A model generated the notes under the pieces. The model made no database searches, was not told where the DNA came from, and was given only the letters and a program-made list of their open reading frames with translations. The translations under genes were made by a program, and so were the position numbers. From Candidatus Poribacteria bacterium (GTDB lineage: Bacteria; Poribacteria; WGA-4E; JAJDTR01): a stretch of DNA of 64,000 nt. The stretch is taken from NCBI GenBank assembly GCA_965222225.1, contig CBDCTK010000002.1, forward strand, positions 2,208,001-2,272,000. Reading direction: 5' to 3'. Shown piece after piece: positions 58,937 through 64,000 of this stretch (its first letter is position 1; every line of letters begins with the position of its first letter).

Positions 58937-61809
58937 GAGATTCTCCCATTTAAAAGTGGTTTCAAAAACTGTCCGGTATAAGATTGTTCAACGCTCGCGA
59001 TTGCTTCCGGCGGTCCTTTTGCAATCACATTGCCCCCGTTGTGACCGCCTTCCGGACCGAGGTCAATCACATGGTCTGCGGTTTTAATCACGTCAAGGTG
59101 GTGTTCGATGACGATGACCGTGTGGCCCGCATCGACAAGCCCGTTCAGCGCGTCGAGTAGTTTTTGGATGTCCGCCAGATGTAGTCCGGTCGTCGGTTCG
59201 TCAAGAATGTAGAGGTTATGTTTGCCGCGTTTGATTTTGCCGAATTCGGTCGCAAGCTTCACGCGCTGCGCCTCGCCGCCCGAGAGGATGGTGGCGGGAT
59301 GACCCACTTTGAGATAGCCCAGCCCGAGAGTGTTGAGCACGGACAGTTTGTGCACAATGAGCTTCTCATTCGCAAAGAATTCGACGGCGTCTTTAACCGA
59401 CATATCAAGCACGTCGGCAATGGTTTTGTCTTGATACGTGACCTCAAGGGTTTCATCATTGTAACGCGCCCCTTTGCAGGTGGGGCACGGAACTTCAACG
59501 TCGGGCATAAACGCGAGGCTTGTCTTGATTACGCCATCGCCCGCGCACTCTTCACAGCGACCCCCTTTGACGTTGAAGCTGAACCGGGAAACTGTGTAGC
59601 CGCGTTCTTTGGCTTCGGGCGTGGATGCAAAACATTTACGGATGTTGTCGTAGAAACCGATGTACGTCGCGGGATTTGAGCGCGGGGAACGCCCGATGGG
59701 AGACTGGTCGATGTTGACGACATCCCCGAAGTATTCGTGGCCGACAATGTCATCGTGATCGCCGGAAAACACCCGACTGTCGTGGTATAGGTTATAGAGT
59801 TTCTTGTAAAGTACTTCGTGAATAAGCGTGCTTTTGCCTGATCCGGACGCCCCCGTGATGCAGGTAAAGACTCCGATTGGGATCTCAACGTCAATGTCGT
59901 TGAGGTTGTTCGCACGTGCGCCTTTGATGTGCAGCGCCTTAGCGTTCTTTTTACGGCGTTGGCTCGGCACGTCAATCGTCCGTGTGCCGCCAAGGTATTG
60001 TGCGGTTGGTGATTCACGGCAGTCCAAGACCTCTTTGAGGGAACCGCTCGCGACGACGTGACCGCCGTGCACACCCGGACCTGGTCCCATCTCAATGATG
60101 TAATCAGCAGCGCGAATGGTTTCCTCATCGTGTTCGACGACGATGACGGTGTTGCCGATGTCGCGCAGGCGTTGTATGGTGTTTATCATCTTGACGTTGT
60201 CTTTGGGGTGCAAACCGATGCTAGGCTCGTCAAGCACATAGAGCATTCCCATAAGCCCAGAGCCGATCTGCGTGGAGAGCCGAATGCGCTGAGATTCACC
60301 GCCCGAAAGCGTACCCGACGGGCGATTGAGGCTGAGGTAATCGAGGCCGATACCGATAAGAAGCTCCAGGCGGGATGTGATTTCAAAGATAATCTGTGAG
60401 GCGACCTTCTCCTGTTTGTCCGGTAGTGTGAGTTTGTCCAGAAAGGATAACAGCTCCGGCAGGTGCATTTCGCCGAGGTTATGTATATTGTAATCCTCGA
60501 TAGTGACCAAAAGGCGCTGTTTTTTGAGTCGCTCACCGCCACAGTCCGGACAAAGGTTCTCAACCATCACCTTGCGCAGGTAATCCTCCATGCGTCCGTG
60601 AGCGGCACCTTGTTGTCGGTAGCGACGATAATGGCGCTCAATCTGGTTGATGACGCCATCGTAGCGAAACTCGCGTCCGATGTATCTGGCGGCGGACTTG
60701 GATTCAGGGGGCTGTTCAACGACAACCCGTTCCCCTTTTGTCCCGTACAGGAGCAAATCCTTAACCTCGTCGGACAGGTCTTTATACGGCGTGTCGAGAT
60801 CGAAATTGTATTTCTTCGACAGACTGTAGAGAATGCGTCCTCCCCATGAATTGACATTGTACTGTAGTGCCTCCTTGACAAAGGCGCCCTCGCGAAGACT
60901 GCGATCTTTGTCCGGGGCGACGAGGTCGGGATGCGCTTTGAGATAGGTGCCCAAGCCCGAGCAGGTGATGCAAGCGCCCGCGGGATCGTTGAAGGTGAAC
61001 ATGCCGTGGTGCATACGGCCCGCGACAACATGAACCGAAGAACCTCCGAGTTTATCGTAAAAGGCATCGGTGGCTTTCGCTTCTGTGGGGTCAAGCACGT
61101 GAAAACTTAAGAAACCTTCACCGATGACTTCAAGACCGTGCGTCAGCGAGGTGACAATCTGTTTGTCGAGCCCCTTGCGGATGACAAAGCGGTCAACGAT
61201 TACTTCAATGAGGTAATTCTCCCCTTCGTCAAGGTCTATTTCTTCGCTCAGGTCGTGCATCTTGTCGTCGATACACAAACGGCGGTATCCTTTGGTGCGA
61301 ATGTCGTCGAAAAGATAGGCGTAGTCTTCGCCGTAGATTTTGAGCACTGGGGCGCGGACTTCAACTTCGGTGCCTTCAGGCAGCGAAAGCATGTGTTCCA
61401 TCATCTGATGAGGCGTCCACACCTTGACCCTCTCCTTGGTTATGGGGCAGCGCGGCTGTCCAATGTTCGCAAAGAGCATCCGCAGGTAGTCGTACAGGTC
61501 CGTCATGGTGCCCACGGTCGATCTCGGGTTCTTCATGACCGTTTTCTGTTCGATTGAGATGACGGGCGAGAGACCGTTCACGAAATCGACATCAGGTTTC
61601 TTAAGCTGGGAGACAAATTGGCGGGCAAAGGTGGAGAGCGATTCCATGAAACGCCGCTGTCCTTCGGCGTACACCGTGTCGAAAGCGAGGGAGGATTTCC
61701 CTGAACCGCTTACGCCGGTGACAACAACGAGCTTGTCGCGCGGGATTTCGAGGTGGACGTTCCGCAGATTGTTCTCGCGAGCGCCTTTGACTTCGATGGT
61801 TGATCTCAT
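58933..61809 (-). CDS. uvrA: Excinuclease ABC subunit A
   Basis: [32 protein letters not shown], second [37 protein letters not shown]. Confidence 0.95.
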   Translation of the reverse strand: MRSTIEVKGARENNLRNVHLEIPRDKLVVVTGVSGSGKSSLAFDTVYAEGQRRFMESLSTFARQFVSQLKKPDVDFVNGLSPVISIEQKTVMKNPRSTVGTMTDLYDYLRMLFANIGQPRCPITKERVKVWTPHQMMEHMLSLPEGTEVEVRAPVLKIYGEDYAYLFDDIRTKGYRRLCIDDKMHDLSEEIDLDEGENYLIEVIVDRFVIRKGLDKQIVTSLTHGLEVIGEGFLSFHVLDPTEAKATDAFYDKLGGSSVHVVAGRMHHGMFTFNDPAGACITCSGLGTYLKAHPDLVAPDKDRSLREGAFVKEALQYNVNSWGGRILYSLSKKYNFDLDTPYKDLSDEVKDLLLYGTKGERVVVEQPPESKSAARYIGREFRYDGVINQIERHYRRYRQQGAAHGRMEDYLRKVMVENLCPDCGGERLKKQRLLVTIEDYNIHNLGEMHLPELLSFLDKLTLPDKQEKVASQIIFEITSRLELLIGIGLDYLSLNRPSGTLSGGESQRIRLSTQIGSGLMGMLYVLDEPSIGLHPKDNVKMINTIQRLRDIGNTVIVVEHDEETIRAADYIIEMGPGPGVHGGHVVASGSLKEVLDCRESPTAQYLGGTRTIDVPSQRRKKNAKALHIKGARANNLNDIDVEIPIGVFTCITGASGSGKSTLIHEVLYKKLYNLYHDSRVFSGDHDDIVGHEYFGDVVNIDQSPIGRSPRSNPATYIGFYDNIRKCFASTPEAKERGYTVSRFSFNVKGGRCEECAGDGVIKTSLAFMPDVEVPCPTCKGARYNDETLEVTYQDKTIADVLDMSVKDAVEFFANEKLIVHKLSVLNTLGLGYLKVGHPATILSGGEAQRVKLATEFGKIKRGKHNLYILDEPTTGLHLADIQKLLDALNGLVDAGHTVIVIEHHLDVIKTADHVIDLGPEGGHNGGNVIAKGPPEAIASVEQSYTGQFLKPLLNGRIS

Positions 61810-61833
61810 CTCTGTAAGCAGCCAACCTTTGAT

Positions 61834-62774
61834 TTACAACAGCTCAACAGCGTCTTCGTCGTAATAATACGCAGGCTCTTCAACTTTGATTCGGCTTTTC
61901 TCGGTCAAGTGGATGGAGTTTGATAGCTTTTCGATGATGTCCTGTCGAACAAGCCATTCACACGCTTCTTCAAGGCCGCCGCCCTGAATCTTTTTGCGAA
62001 AATAACCGTTGATCTCCGATAATGAGCACACCTCTGCACATTCCGTGAGATAGTCGAGCAACGGGCGAAAAAGGCGATCTGTTTTTTCTTCGAGATACCC
62101 GTTCACTTGACTCAGCACGCCTCCAACGGTCTCGCGTGTTTTTTACTGGTTAACAAAGTCGGTGTAGACAGCAGTGAAGAATTGGGGATTGTGTTTGAGG
62201 GCTTGATGGATAACCTCGCGCGCGGGCGCTTCATCTTGTGAAGGATGACTTCGACAGACGCCAACTCCCGCACAACGTACATGAGCCACAAGAAACTGTA
62301 TTCGTAGTCCTCTTTGAGGTAGAAGTATTTCTCCGCCTTGTTGAGCAACGGGATGAGATATGAGGCGTGTCTCATCAGTTGAAGCGCCTGATCGCGCGCA
62401 CCAATGTGATCGATTGTGCTATACCATTGGGTTACCGAGTCGTCTTTGGTAAATAAAAGGGTGCTCGTGGAGAAGCTGAAGTCGAGCCAGCCACCGGCAA
62501 GTTCTCCTTCGATGCTGCGCTTGAACCTGCTGCGCGGTATGCGTTGCGCATGGATGTTTACATCGTATTCGCAGAGAGTAACATCCCCTTCCTTTTGTCC
62601 GTCCTCCATTATGAGCCATAGGTCGATGTCCGAGTTTTTCCAGACTTCGTCGTAGGACAGGCTGCCAAAGAGGATTGCCGCAACTACGGTCCGGTCTTTT
62701 TCGAGTTTCTCGACGAGCGACGATAGCGCTTGCTGGTAGCGTTCTCGGGTTTCTTGGCTCGGGGAATCGGGCAT
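61834..62774 (-). pseudogene. Nucleotidyltransferase-domain protein, frameshifted
   Basis: LFGS......SDIDL Pol-beta motif; frameshift near 62236, then EAPAREVIHQAL..., in-frame TAA at 62143-62145, C-terminus in ORF 61834-62118. Confidence 0.8.
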
Positions 62775-62846
62775 AACGCACCTCACATAGCAACTCGCTG
62801 ATACCGGCTAAAGCCATCCCATCTCAATTCGGCGATTGTCGCCCCT

Positions 62847-62944
62847 GTAGGAGGATCAAGCGAGCGATTAGCGAGTGCGATAGAGATCCCAAGACGATAG
62901 TAGATCCCACAGTAACTGCGATAGAGATTCCTTCCGATTCCTGA
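62847..62944 (+). repeat. REP with a cassette and three reiterated cassette ends
   Basis: GTAGGAG[GATCAAGCGAGCGATTAG-CGAGTGCGATAGAGATCCC-AAGACGATAGTAGATCCC-ACAGTAACTGCGATAGAGATTCC]TTCCGATTCCTGAC. Confidence 0.85.
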
Positions 62945-62999
62945 CAGGTGAAAATCGCTTACAGGTTATTTACTGATAACGCGGTATCTCTTGCGCTCT

Positions 63000-64000
63000 T
63001 TAAATTCCGATGGCGTATCCATCGCGACGCGGATCGGCGCCTCCCATCAATGAACCTTCGTCTTGATCGACGGCAATTCCCTGTCCGCCGCCCACGCCTG
63101 CCGTCCAGTCGGGCAACGCGCGAACATCATGCCCTCGTGCGGCAAGCGCGTCCCTGACCTCGACGGGGACACGACTTTCTATCCCAACACTGATGCCAGG
63201 CTCTTCAAGCCGAACCCGTGGCGCTTCAATGGCGGCTTGGATGTTCATGCCGTTCTCAATGAGATTCAGGATCATCTGCGGCGTGGTCTGCATGATTCCG
63301 TGACTGCCCGGCGTTCCAATCAGGGCGAAGAGATTGTCATCTCTCCAGATTTGGCACGGAGAGAGGCACATCTCGATTCGTTTGTGCGGGGCAATAACGT
63401 TCGGACTTTCGGGCAGAAGGTCGAACCAGTTCATGAAGTTATTCAGAAACATCCCCGTCCCGCCAAGAACCACGCCCGATCCGAAGGCAGATCCGAGGCT
63501 CTGGGTCACTGCAACGGCATTTCCTTCCGCGTCGATCACGTCAAAGTGCGTGGTACACTCATTAATCCACTCGCTCGGATCGCCTTCCACCACTTCCCCG
63601 GGCAGCTTGCTCTTCGTGTAGCGCTCACCGCCGCTTACTGCTGCTCGGTCGCCGATGCGTCCCCGTTGGGAGGCGGCATAACCCTTGGAAAGCAGACCGG
63701 AAATGGGCGGATTTGGGGCACAGGTGTACGCCGCGCGGTCGGCGCTTGCGAGTTTTATCGCCTCGATGAGCAGATGCAGATAGTTCGTCGAATTGTGTCC
63801 GAGTTCACTCAGGGAGTCGTTTTCCAGTATGCTCAGCGTTTGAAGATATTGGAATCCGGCGCACGGCGGCGGCGGGCAGTAGATGTCATACTCTTTATAA
63901 GATCCCGAAATCGGGGTCTCCCACCGCACTTCAAAATCCGCCAAATCTTTTTCCGAGATTAAACCGTCGTTCTCACGGGAAAACCGGGCAATCTCTTTAG
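63000..64000 (-). CDS. ggt: Gamma-glutamyltransferase family protein, C-terminal part (start outside the window)
   Basis: TTHFDVIDAEGNAVAVTQSLG (Thr nucleophile), LNNFM, GTPGS, IEAPR, GGADPRRDG. Confidence 0.9.
   Translation of the reverse strand, partial: KEIARFSRENDGLISEKDLADFEVRWETPISGSYKEYDIYCPPPPCAGFQYLQTLSILENDSLSELGHNSTNYLHLLIEAIKLASADRAAYTCAPNPPISGLLSKGYAASQRGRIGDRAAVSGGERYTKSKLPGEVVEGDPSEWINECTTHFDVIDAEGNAVAVTQSLGSAFGSGVVLGGTGMFLNNFMNWFDLLPESPNVIAPHKRIEMCLSPCQIWRDDNLFALIGTPGSHGIMQTTPQMILNLIENGMNIQAAIEAPRVRLEEPGISVGIESRVPVEVRDALAARGHDVRALPDWTAGVGGGQGIAVDQDEGSLMGGADPRRDGYAIGI

Noticed and set aside
63063-63962. 299-aa plus-strand ORF
   Set aside because: Antisense shadow of ggt.

Overview
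A 64-kb bacterial chromosomal segment of moderate GC. The gene content suggests a sponge-symbiont-like organism such as Ca. Poribacteria, which is an inference only: four PhyH-type dioxygenases, three ankyrin proteins, FG-GAP, HEAT and LamG proteins, and an Rpn-family gene. Housekeeping genes (rsmE-mtaB-purN, polA, uvrA) are mixed with sugar-catabolic genes, a GT4/thioesterase/ABC-export cluster, an intact IS1595-family element (imperfect TIRs, 8-bp ATCTATTA target duplication), a type IIG restriction-modification fusion and at least five decaying genes, two of them barely or not represented in the ORF track. The most striking unexplained signal is intergenic. About eleven GTAG-type REP-like hairpins carry a short cassette built from 18-nt GATCAANNGANCGRATAG units that ends in a constant ...GCGATAGAGATCCC. 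The copies vary in 5' length, are oriented relative to the host hairpin, and are sometimes reiterated or nested. An apparently empty version of one site occurs in the same window. No enzyme that could account for them is encoded here. No rRNA, tRNA or CRISPR array was found.
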